This document shows, piece by piece, positions 10,417 through 21,226 of a stretch of 64,000 bases of DNA. Every line of letters starts with the position of its first letter. Position 1 is the stretch's first letter. Source of the DNA: Guillardia theta CCMP2712 (Eukaryota; Protista; Cryptophyta); contig NW_005434660.1 of NCBI RefSeq assembly GCF_000315625.1, forward strand, positions 234,711-298,710, read 5' to 3'. The position numbers were made by a program, and so were the translations under genes. The notes below the pieces were generated by a model. It was not told where the DNA came from. It ran no database searches and worked only from the letters and a program-made list of their open reading frames with translations.

Positions 10417-12241
10417 ATGTGGAAGTTTTGGTTTACACGGCCGGGACCAGCATGAACAACCATTGAATTCTGGAATTTTGGTTGTGTTCTGCACAGAGTT
10501 TCGATCAGGATGGGCGGGAGAAGCTTGGATTTGGTACCATGTTTAACAGCGACTTGATGATGAAGATGACATGGGCAACAGATGTATCAGTTTCTTATCT
10601 GCACCTCATCGGCTTTGGTTGCCGTTGCAATGTATCATTTTGCTTTTCCCAAGAGGAGGTTGGCGCTTCTGCGATGAATTGCTGCTGCGCTAATGACATG
10701 CGAAAGGAAACGTGAAAGTGACGATGAAGAGTGTCAATTCAAGAATTTCGTCAAGACTGCAGCAAAACATGTTTGCTCTTTGCACCCCCCACCCCCCCCA
10801 CCCATGCACTAAACCATTCTTCCTTCAGGGCAAGAGCACTGTCATCACGACTGTAAACGAATTGCTTGAAGCCATGTCGAAGGCGATGGATACACAAGTA
10901 AAAAGATACTGATCTCTTATTGCATACTTCTCCTTGATATTTTGCTGTTTTCATTCTCTTGACTGCCCCGGTCTCCAGAACTTCGTCAATTTGACCTCAA
11001 AGCCGAAGCTGCGAAATGTGATCTTGCGACGTAGCGAGTTGAAGGGACTTACGCTTAGAGATTCGTAGGACCTGATTGTGGATCAGATCGATTTGGAGAT
11101 CAGTCGACTCAAGTAGTCAAGTCAAAGTCCTTATGACCATCTCACTCTTCTCTTCATAGTGATCGCTTGTTCACCATCTTGTCTGAAGCAAGTATCGAGT
11201 CTCTACCGCTTGCGCAGCTTGTAAAGAGCGGTTGCCGGTATAAGGCACCTTGTTTTCCCAGTACCATTGTGAAGATTTGTTTTGCTGCAGTTTGCCTTGT
11301 TGTGCTCTTGACATCGGTGGTGAGTGCAAGACAACCGAAGTGGTCATGATATTCTTAGCGGAACGTGCAGGAACTCTTACCAAACTTGTTGTCTTCAAAC
11401 CTGGCGGAGGTGGAGGACGAGATTTGAAATGTCACACTTACGATCCAGGTCTTCACTCTTGGCGATGCTATGTGATGTGAATTGCCCTGAAAATGTCACA
11501 GAGCGGGAATTTTGCAATGACACTGATCATGATAGCGGATCGATTCCTGTGAGGTTGACAGCAACGGATACTGTCCACGTAATACGTCAAACATCAAAAA
11601 CAGCCTATAGTGAGCTCAGGGTTGTTGATTCTTTGCTTTCACAGTTGAAGCTCTATTCGTTCGAGACAAAGAAGATCCACACAGTTGTTGATTTCTTGAA
11701 AGCACGAGGTCCTTGAATCTTTCTTTCCCTTCCCTTCCTCTGAGTCCTAGAGCAGGCATTTGCAACGTGCGGGTCAGCGCGTCCGGAGGAGGAGGGCACA
11801 AGTTTCAAGAGGTGAGGTGGAGGGAGGTACGTAGAAGTCGACTGACGTGCTTGAAGCTCTTTCAACGGGAGATCGGAGTGAAGCTGTCCTCTGTCGACGA
11901 GATGCGGTCCGTCATCACTGGAGTGAATCATCGGCTACTCACAGGCAAGGGATGGAAAGGTTTCTCCTGTTGTCACAAGGTTGCAGGGAGTCAGGAGGCC
12001 TTCCACTATCGTTGGGGACTGGATGCTGAGAGGAAGGTGAAATTGTTTCTTGTAATGAGACCCGCTGAGCAGAGGAGGGTAGGCGTATGTCTCCTTTGCC
12101 GGGAAGAAGAGCCCCTTTCCGTGAGTAGGAGTGTAGCTGGAAGCTGGCAGTGCTGACGGATGTGCAGGTATCTGCTCGTCAACATCGGAAGCGGAGTCTC
12201 GATCATTCGTGTCGATCAGGTGTGTGATGGAAAAAATTGTT

Positions 12242-12273
<32 letters not shown>

Positions 12274-13461
12274 GAGACAGAGAGCGAGCGGGGGTTGGGG
12301 GGGAGGGGGGGGAGAGGAACGACGGGGGACAGGGGGATGTCAGATTGATGAAAGGATGGAGGGAAGAAGGATGAGGTCGAACATAGGAGGGCAAGGGGGA
12401 GCGGGAATGTCTAGGAGCTGACCTCTTGCAATAGATGGACTGTTATCGTCGTCTTAGCGGTCCTTCTTTCCCGTCGTTGTGCATCCAAGGTTGAACGCCT
12501 GCCCGTCAGGTTCCTGTCTGGGAGGAGGAAGCTTCTTCGGCCTCTGCAAGCTTCTCACCGGGAAGTACAAGTTCGACGAGATCGTGGAGATGTCTCGACG
12601 AGGTGACCCTGTTTCAGCGCAAGTGTGAGTGAACAAGGTGACACAGGGAACATCAACAACGTGGACCTGCTAGTATCCGATATCTACGGGCAAGGATTCG
12701 TGAAGGTGCAGAGCAATTATCGATGTACAGTGCACTAGCTCTTGACTGTGTTGTTCTCAAGGATATTGGGCTCTCCGACGACCTTATTGCGAGTTCATTT
12801 GGCAAGGAACGCAGTCCGTTGTTCCTTTTGCTTCTTGTTTGACATGTTTCTTCTTTGCAGGTTGCAGTTGCAGATCACAGCAGCGAAACATTCAGTCCTG
12901 AAGACATGGTACGGCGCTTTGCATACATAATTGTAGCAATCGCACAACAGTTTGGTGAAAGGCGATGATTGTGGAAATTAATCTTTTACACTTCAGGTTC
13001 GAAGTCTTATCTTCATGTTCAGCAACAATCTTTCGCAGATAGCGTGCCTCATTGCTGAGCGAGAGGTAGAATGGGAGATGTTCATGTTGATCAGATTCTG
13101 ACGCTGACAAAGCGCATTGAGAATATCATATTTTCTGGAGGATTTATTCGCAATAACGCATACGTGTGGAGCAAAATCAGCTTCGGATTAGGTAGAGACA
13201 GGGAGGAGGCGGAGGGTTTCCTCACCTTCCTTGACAGACTTCTGGTCGGGCAGTCGCTTCCAAGCGCTCTTCATGGAGCATGAGGGATTTCTCGGTGAGC
13301 ACAGGAGGGTGACCGTCTGACCTTGACCTGCTCCTCCAGGTGCGCTCGGGGCCTACTTGCTGCATGACAAGCACGAGGATGAAGAAGTCCTTCAGTCGCC
13401 TAGCGAGGAAGCAACATCATCCCCGGGAAGCTCAAGACAGGCTGCGGCTGGCCCAGCATGA
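10417..13461 (+). CDS. PANK: Type II (eukaryotic) pantothenate kinase, many exons; 5' end uncertain
   Basis: Spliced motifs ALDIGG|[74 protein letters not shown]; stop TGA at 13459-13461. Confidence 0.88.
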
Positions 13462-16400
13462 CGTGGGGTGTGTGGCCGAAGGCTAGGTGCGATGACGTCA
13501 TCGCGTTAGGGACGTACATGGGCTGCATCTGAGCTGTTCCAAGGGCCTGACTCTTCTCTGAAACCTCCTGCTGCTTTTGCTTCTCCTCCGGCTTGCTGCC
13601 GCGAGCTCGTTCGCGCAAGCCATTCATCCTCTGCTTGATAAACTTCCGATATTTCCATGAGAAGAACGCTGCCGTCCCCAGCAGCACTCCAGCAACCACT
13701 CCGACGACGATACCAGCAATGGCTCCCGCGCTCAACGAGGTCTTGGGGGCCGGCGCATTGGTGCGGAGGGAGGCGGAAGTGACCCCGGACTCATTGAGGA
13801 AACCTGACTGCATCCTCTGATAAGCAAAATCCGAGGCAGCGGTGATGTAGACGTCCCTGGGAGAAGCCGGAGAGGAAGGGTTCACGAGGTTGAATCTGGT
13901 TTCCAGCTTGTCTCCTGTCAGAGTACTGTCTTTGTAGACGTCGGGAGCTTGCAGCCCGTCCATGACAGTGAAGGACCATCGATCTCCGTTGACTAGCACT
14001 TGCGTTTGTGAATACTTAATCCCATTCTTGTACACGTCTGCCGACATTTGATTGTTGGACGACCAGGACTGAGGAGAAAATCCTTGCAGTCCAACGATGG
14101 TGATGTAATCATATGATCGGAGGTTGAAGTTGGTGACAAGCTCCATTATCACCGTCACGTATGCCGAGGTCGCGTTGGAGCTCGATCGGATCATGGCGCG
14201 TACAAACCCCTTCCCCGAGACATATCCTGCACAGGCAGAGGCGTATCCGTAGCCTGACAGCTGCGTCATGAGGTCCTGGGTCATGGGCTGAGTTCCTGAA
14301 GTGCCTCCGGAAGAAACTCGGATGGAGACGTTGGAGCAGCTGGCAGCGCTGGAGGGGTTGATGACGGCAAAGCAGAACTGCACATCCTGACTTGCTGGGA
14401 CACCAGGGGAGAGGAGGAAGAAGGAGATCTGTCCGCTACTGAAGTCTGCTTTCACTGTGTTGGCATCGGAAGGGTTCGTGGAGCCTCCGATGAGGTTGTA
14501 GGGTCCGACCGAGGAGCTGAGGGGTTTAGTCCCCGAGAGGTCAAACAAGGGCAGGTAGGAGCTTATCGTGGGGTAACTGGGGAGACCGGAGATGGTGAAG
14601 GAGGCAGGCAGCGAGCTGCCTTGAAGACTCTTGGCTGCCGCAAGCGTCACGCAGATGCGGTTGGCTGCGCTGGGAGCGGGGAGCAGCTGACCGATGTAAG
14701 CCTTGGACAGCAGCTGGTTGGCTGGCTGGACGTTGAACGGGGCGTTGACGGGGTCAGAGCCGGTGGTCATGGTCTGCAGCTGCGTCGTCTTGTCTGACGT
14801 GTACCTTGCCTGAAGGGAGACGGTGAGGCTGCTCTGAGGGCTGCTGGGGTTGACGAGGTTGAAGCTGAAGGAGTAGGTGTAGCCCGCCTTCATGCAGAGG
14901 TTGGGGGCCGTTTGACTCGTCGGGGGGCTGCACTGGCCCGCTGCGAGGATCAAGACAAGGCTGCCTGAGCTTTGGTCCCACTGGGCGCTAGAGAAGGAAG
15001 GGAAGTAGCCTCCCGAGACGGGACTGACTTGAAACGAGTCCGTCGAGCTGGTTTGAGAGCCTGTCAGGCCAGAGATCGTGACTGAGGACGAGAACCCGTT
15101 GGGGCTGCCTAGCAAGTCGATGTTTGCTCGCAGCGAGACCACCAAGGTGTTGAGCTCATTCGGCAGCGACGTGCTCTGATCGATCTGTCTGGTGAAGAAC
15201 TGCGGGGCATAAATCTTGAGCACGCAGGAATCTCCATCGGTTTCTCCGCCGGCGATAGCTCTACCCACACTGCTCTGCTGCATCACGACGGTCTGAGCAA
15301 AGTCGCTAGAAGAAGCAGTCATGGTGACCGTCTGCATGAGGGGTCAGCGTTTCGAAGTCGCACACATCTCCCTTGGTGCTGCTCACCTGGCATTGATTCG
15401 GGGTCGCCGGGTTGTAGAGAGCGAAGGCGAAGGTGGTGGTGCTTCCAGCAGCCCAGGTAGAGGGAGACGTGAGCTTGACCGTGGCAGAGGAGGTGCTCGA
15501 GTCGAATGAAAGCTTGAAGTTCGGGTTAGGATAGGCTGGAGCGCTCGCGCCGTTCAGGTCGCTAGTAGGACATTGATAGATCGGCCCCTCAGTGAAGCTG
15601 TTGGCGCCGCTTCCTTTGAGGCCAGAGAGCGTTATCACCGCCAACGATGACGTCGAGGCGATGAAGTCATAGTTGGACTTCAAGGTCACGCAAATGTAGT
15701 TCACTGTGTCTGGTCTCGTGGTGTACTGGCCGATCTGATAAGTTGTGAAGCCCCTGCCAACCACCTTCCCGACCGTCTGCTGTACATTCTCCATGGGCAT
15801 GGGGCTGATGAGCGAGCCTGCACTGATTTGAATCGAGCAAGGAGAGTTTGACGAGGGCAGCAACTTCCAAGAGAATGAAACACGCTTGCTTGCAACGCTG
15901 GCAACCCCGTAGAAGTCGTGTACAACTTCAATTCTTGCGTGTTGAAGTTCCAGTCAAGGCTACTGAAGGATGAAGCTGCCGGACCTGACAATGTAGGATT
16001 GTTGTTTGATTGGGTCCCACATAAACCTGAGATCGTTACAGCTTGACTTCGAACAGCAACACTCGGTTGAAGCGTCACAGTGATCTGTGCAATTGCATTG
16101 GGGGAATCTGAATCTTGGTATATCTTTGCGACATTGAAGGTTGCACTTCTTATACCTGCGGATCGAACTTTTGCATACGTCGTCACTCTTTGCACTTTTG
16201 TTCCCGCTATGGACACAGGCTGTGAGTCAATTTCCGAGCAGAGATAAGATGTCGTGCAGGTGTATCCGGATATGCTGGCAGATAGCTGGACAGCAGAGTT
16301 TGCATTGCCATTGACGATAGGAAAAGCAAAGGTCAGCAGTTCACCATCGTTAATGTAGAAACCGTTTCCCAGGAAGATCACCAGCTCGCCTCCAGCTGTG

Positions 16401-17383
16401 TACTTGGCCGCCCATGCAAAGCCAGTAGGGCTCATCAGTTTGTCGACAGATCGACTTCCAGGAGCTGACAAGACACCGTTCTGACCTACCGACGGGACGC
16501 TGCCAGCAGAGCAATCGTTCTGATTGAGGTACAAGGGCAGGTCCGGCCTCTCTAGGGTTGTGCCGGTCGGCAAGCCAGTGATGGTCAGGCCCGTCGCCAC
16601 GGCGTTGCCGGGAGTGACTAGCACGACGTTAGAGATCAAGGTGACGGTGACGCAGGTGCCGCTGTTCTGCCAGGGAGCTCCCACCTGAGCCGCAAAGTAA
16701 ACGATGGAAGGGACTTTGGCCTCTCCCACTGGTCCGATCCTTTTGGTGGGCAACGGCTGGAGGTTGGTGGAGAACGTCTCAGATTTGCTGATAAACGGGT
16801 AGAAGGTAGCAGACGCGTGATCGCATTGCTCTTGTCCCAGCCCTTCTCTCCCCGTTGCTGCGTTGGAGCAGGCTGACGAGGGAAAGCGAGCGACGTAGGC
16901 GTATTGGTACCAGGAGTCATCGATGCCGCCGATGGGGGGGAGAGGGCCAAGGCCGTTGGGAACAGCAGTTGAATCCTGATTGACGAAGAGGAACAGTTGA
17001 TCCAGCGAGAAGCCGCTGATAGAAGAAGGACCCTTGACGCGCAGCCTCATCGTCTCTACTTTGCTGTTCCATTCTGCCGAGTGAAGGCCATCGCTGACGG
17101 CCCCCCCCTGCGCCTTCACTCCGTTTGCCGATGGCGATGCGATGGGACGAGAAGAAGTCGGCCCCTCCGCTCCGAACGAGTTGTACGTTCCTCCGAACCT
17201 CGGAAGATGTACCTCGATCCTGTCATTATCCTGTACGCTGATTGGGTCCCAGGAGACCTGGAATCCTGTGGGAGTTAGCGCGTATGGAGTTCCTTGCCAA
17301 GTCAGAGTTGCTGACTGGCCCTGTGCAGCGAATATGAGCGACTCTGCGAGAAAGAACAAGAAGATGGTCTTGTCTGAATTCAT
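13400..17383 (-). CDS. Large type I membrane/surface protein with repeated beta-rich domains; one intron and one apparent frameshift
   Basis: Signal peptide MNSDKTIFLFFLAESLIFAAQG; about seven repeats (ICVTL..N / TISGL.G / F.F.L.NP); TM AIAGIVVGVVAGVLLGTAAFF followed by a basic cytosolic tail; intron 15332-15386; frame break near 15878. Confidence 0.8.
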
Positions 17384-18259
17384 CCTCGCTCCAGACTGAG
17401 ATGCCTTGCAGATGGTTTGTTCTCTCAATTCCAGTTGCAGATTGAGTCCTGAAACTTACTGTGGTCGGACAAGTCCAAGTTACTGACGCTGTTCGATGCT
17501 TCAGTTGTTGGCTCTCCCGATCGCTCACTCTCTGCTCCCCTCAACTTCCTTCTTCAACCCCTTGTTGTCACAACAGTACCGCATGCTCAGTTCCTTTGCC
17601 TCTACTACTCAAGACACTACCGGCTGACCGTAACGACTTCTTCTGTCCCAACATTGGACCCCTACCAAACCCGTGGCACCACCCCTTACTTTCAGCCTGA
17701 GTACCCCACGGCTTGAGGGCGGAAGTTCCCACAGGGACTTAAATAATAGCCACGCCGGGCCCGCGCAGGTTTGTCAGCTGTAGCAGCAGTGTAGCCTCCA
17801 GTCCTCTCTGGCTCTCAAAGGCAACACCGAGCCATATAGCTTATGAACATTTTACGATGTAAAACACTTTTTAATTCTAAAAACCAATAAGGCTTATAAA
17901 AGTTTTTATTTGTCAGCTCTGACTCCTTTGTTGTACCAGGATCTTTCTTAAAAATGTGTATTTGACCTCTAACAAGTATATACAGGATATTCAACAGTTG
18001 CGTGGTCTTGACGGCATGCGCTGAAACAAGTCATGCACGACGGACAAGATCGAAGAGGTGAGACGAGGTTGGATGGCTGAACGATGATGACGAATATTGA
18101 CCAACAACAAGCTCCACACCATCAAAAGAATTCTTTCTGTTAAAGTCTATTTTTCCGTGTTGTTGCACGGCCTCAAACGACCTCTTCGTTTCACTGAAGT
18201 AGCTGCTAGGCAAAGCTGTTCCATAAGGTTTGGGTATTTCAACCGGTCCGAGCACGCAC

Positions 18260-20863
18260 ATGGCAGAGAAGGATGAAGACGCGCTTCTTGCCTTCAAGGC
18301 GTTCGAGTCCTCTGGTTTTCTTTCAGCTCACGATCTCCTTCCAGCGCTGGCACTCGCAAATGTCCCGACTGATTCAAAGGAGCTTGAAGATGCTCTAAGT
18401 TTCGTCAAAGAGCCTCCACTCTACAACCAGATTGACTTCGAAATATTTTCTCGAATAGTGCGTGTTTTGTACATGAAGAATGCTGGAATGAATCCCTTCA
18501 GAATCAAGGACCTCTTCGAAGCGTTGGCGGAAATCGATGGACGATTGGAGTTTGGGTCGAGAATGCCCAGAAATGCTGACGACGAGGCTCTCAAAGAGCT
18601 TGAACTTGAGCTTCTGAAGCACGATATCACCTTTGGTGTCTTGGAAAGCAAAGGCAGGTTGGATTATCCCGCTTTTGAGATGGCGCTATTTGAAACTCTC
18701 AAGATCAACAAGATATCACACATTTTGCAGAAGAACGGGATTCTCAGAGCCATTGCAACCTTGTTGCTGCCATCCTTAAGAAATGACAACTCAGTGAAAC
18801 CAGAGGATATGTCTGGTGATGGCTTATCTGATCTGATTCGCCAGCAAGCGGACAGTTTGTCCAATCTACTCAACAGCTCATACAAACAACACTCGAGGAG
18901 TCCAGTGGTCTCAGACTGTGCAGAAACGTTGTCAGAGCGGTCAGCACCAAAGTCATTCTGCACAGATGATTCGTTCTCTCGTACCACATCAAATCCACGT
19001 CCCACAGGAAGACGACTTTCCTTCTTTCAGAGGATGTCGAGCAGGAAAGGGTCTGGTGAAGCGTCGTCCAACGGGGAGAGGTGGTGGCAAAGAGCGTTGG
19101 TAAACCCCGGGGGGAGTATGAATGAGACAGAATCCGTGTCCTTGTTGCAGAGTGCCTGTGAGTCCTCTTGGGCTTATGTTGTTGGCATTTGGGAGGCAAG
19201 CACCTGGAAGAATATCCTTTGTTTCTGGTTGTTGTGGGCGTGTTCGGGGGTAGGAGCTGTCATGATTGTTTGGAGCTGGACAAACCAATCAGAGGACGAG
19301 AAGGAGAAGGAAGTTGAAAGGCAAGCAATTGATATCTCCGCTTTCTTCTCCACCGAGTTGGATCGAGCAGTTACGCCCTTGTACACGCTAGCAGTCTTTG
19401 TTGCGAAGATGTCAAGTTTGAACCAACTTGCTGCCGTCGCCATGAATTTCACACTTGTTCCGAACACTTTAAGTGTGTTTTATGACGTCAAGCCATGGAT
19501 CCAGAAGAGTACTACCGATGAATTCAACGACATATCCAAAGAAATCTTGCAATTCGCCAAGTCAAAGTCGATCCGCTCTTTGCAGCTTGCTCCTCGTGGA
19601 GTCGTTTCTCTCGTCTATCCTCTCGATGGCAACGACAAAGCTCTTGGGCTTGCTCTGCTCAAAGATGCAAAGAATGCTGAAGATGCATACGACTCTATCT
19701 TGAACGGCAACTACAGCGTGACCGGCCCTGTGAATCTCGTCCAGGACATGTTTGGAATAATCGTGAGGCTCCCGATCTTTGTTTCTAAGGATACCAAGGG
19801 TGCTACTCCTCTCACCGACTTTCCTGGCATCAATCCGCTGATATCGCGAAATCTTTCTTGGTGGGGGTTTTCCACCGTTATCATTGATTTCTCTGCCCTT
19901 GTTGCAGAAAGCAAGATCGCGGAAATGGCTGCGGCGAACAACTTGTATTTCATGATAACCAGCACGATCGCTGTACAAGAACAGGAAGGGTTGCGATATG
20001 CCACCAGGGTCATCGCCAACAACACGGATACCATCAAGGACGGAGTCACTGTTGAGATCAGTCTACCAGATGACCGTTGGAACTTGACCGTCGCTCCTAT
20101 CAGTGGTTTCCAACCTCAATGGTACTCAGCAGGCGTCGCAGGCTCCATCTTAGGGACTTTTCTTCTCTCGCTCTTGTCTTTTCTTCTCTTGGTAGAGAAG
20201 CGTCAACGGTCGATGATGCTCTACCGCATCCTCCCTCGGCATGCAGTCGTTCAGCTGCGGAGGAGGAAGCAGGTGGTCGACGTCTTTGACGTGGCTTCTG
20301 TCTTCTTCTCCGACCTCGTCGGCTACACGGACCTTGCAGGAAAGACGTCTCCTATCGAGATCGTCGCGATGCTCAACGACCTCTACACCAAGTTCGACAG
20401 GCTCGTCGAGAAGCATCACGTGTGCAAGGTGGACACCATTGGCGACGCGTACATGGTGATCGCAGGAGCAGGAGTTCACTCCACCTGCGATGGGCCTGAA
20501 GCTGCTTCTCGGGTGGCCAAGTTCGCGCTGGACGCGCTGGACCTGGTAGCACGGAGTGACTATGGCATAAGGATGAGGGCAGGGATCGCCTCTGGCCCGG
20601 TAGTCGCTGCTGTGCTGGGTAGCGCTGTCCCCAAGTATAGTTTCTTCGGAGACACAGTCAACACTGCGAGCAGGATGGAGAGCACTGGGGAAGCAGGCAA
20701 GCTGCAGGTGACGGAGGAGACGAGGAACCTCCTTGAGCAGAGCAAGAGCAAGTTCACCATCATTGAGCGGATGCATGCCAATGGACAGGCAGGGGTGTTG
20801 GTGAAGGGCAAGGGGCTGATGCAAACTTACTGGATTCGGAACCTGATTCGAGAGGAAGTGTAA
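18260..20863 (+). CDS. Receptor class III nucleotidyl cyclase: degenerate EF-hand-like N-terminus, TM, CHASE, TM, cyclase domain (intronless)
   Basis: CHASE motifs SLQLAPRGVVSLVYPLDGN..ALG and TGPVNLVQ..GIIVRLPIF; cyclase motifs FSDLVGYT, KVDTIGDAYM, GDTVNTASRMES, VKGKGLMQTYW. Confidence 0.92.
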   Translation: MAEKDEDALLAFKAFESSGFLSAHDLLPALALANVPTDSKELEDALSFVKEPPLYNQIDFEIFSRIVRVLYMKNAGMNPFRIKDLFEALAEIDGRLEFGSRMPRNADDEALKELELELLKHDITFGVLESKGRLDYPAFEMALFETLKINKISHILQKNGILRAIATLLLPSLRNDNSVKPEDMSGDGLSDLIRQQADSLSNLLNSSYKQHSRSPVVSDCAETLSERSAPKSFCTDDSFSRTTSNPRPTGRRLSFFQRMSSRKGSGEASSNGERWWQRALVNPGGSMNETESVSLLQSACESSWAYVVGIWEASTWKNILCFWLLWACSGVGAVMIVWSWTNQSEDEKEKEVERQAIDISAFFSTELDRAVTPLYTLAVFVAKMSSLNQLAAVAMNFTLVPNTLSVFYDVKPWIQKSTTDEFNDISKEILQFAKSKSIRSLQLAPRGVVSLVYPLDGNDKALGLALLKDAKNAEDAYDSILNGNYSVTGPVNLVQDMFGIIVRLPIFVSKDTKGATPLTDFPGINPLISRNLSWWGFSTVIIDFSALVAESKIAEMAAANNLYFMITSTIAVQEQEGLRYATRVIANNTDTIKDGVTVEISLPDDRWNLTVAPISGFQPQWYSAGVAGSILGTFLLSLLSFLLLVEKRQRSMMLYRILPRHAVVQLRRRKQVVDVFDVASVFFSDLVGYTDLAGKTSPIEIVAMLNDLYTKFDRLVEKHHVCKVDTIGDAYMVIAGAGVHSTCDGPEAASRVAKFALDALDLVARSDYGIRMRAGIASGPVVAAVLGSAVPKYSFFGDTVNTASRMESTGEAGKLQVTEETRNLLEQSKSKFTIIERMHANGQAGVLVKGKGLMQTYWIRNLIREEV

Positions 20864-21050
20864 AGTTTGCTCGCAGTCTTTTCGTTCTCTGCCGCGATGT
20901 CTTCCATGACGTGTAATTCTAGCAACTTACAATCACACAGTTCAATATAAGATCTACTTCATTTGCTCGCTGGCTCATTCCTTCAAATGCGTGCTCATGC
21001 TCAGTGCCGCTCGTCTGGGCCTCGACCGTATCGTGTCCACATTCCTACGC

Positions 21051-21051
<1 letters not shown>

Positions 21052-21120
<69 letters not shown>
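21052..21120. repeat. (CCCTGT)n hexanucleotide microsatellite
   Basis: About 11 tandem units seen directly. Confidence 0.95.
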
Positions 21121-21121
<1 letters not shown>

Positions 21122-21226
21122 CTCCTCCTTGTTGTCACACGGCACAGCTCGTCCTCTAGACCTCTAGACTGACGTCGCTCCGGATCTCGCCCTCTCGTAG
21201 GGCAAAGTCTGCGGGGGCGTACGGCA

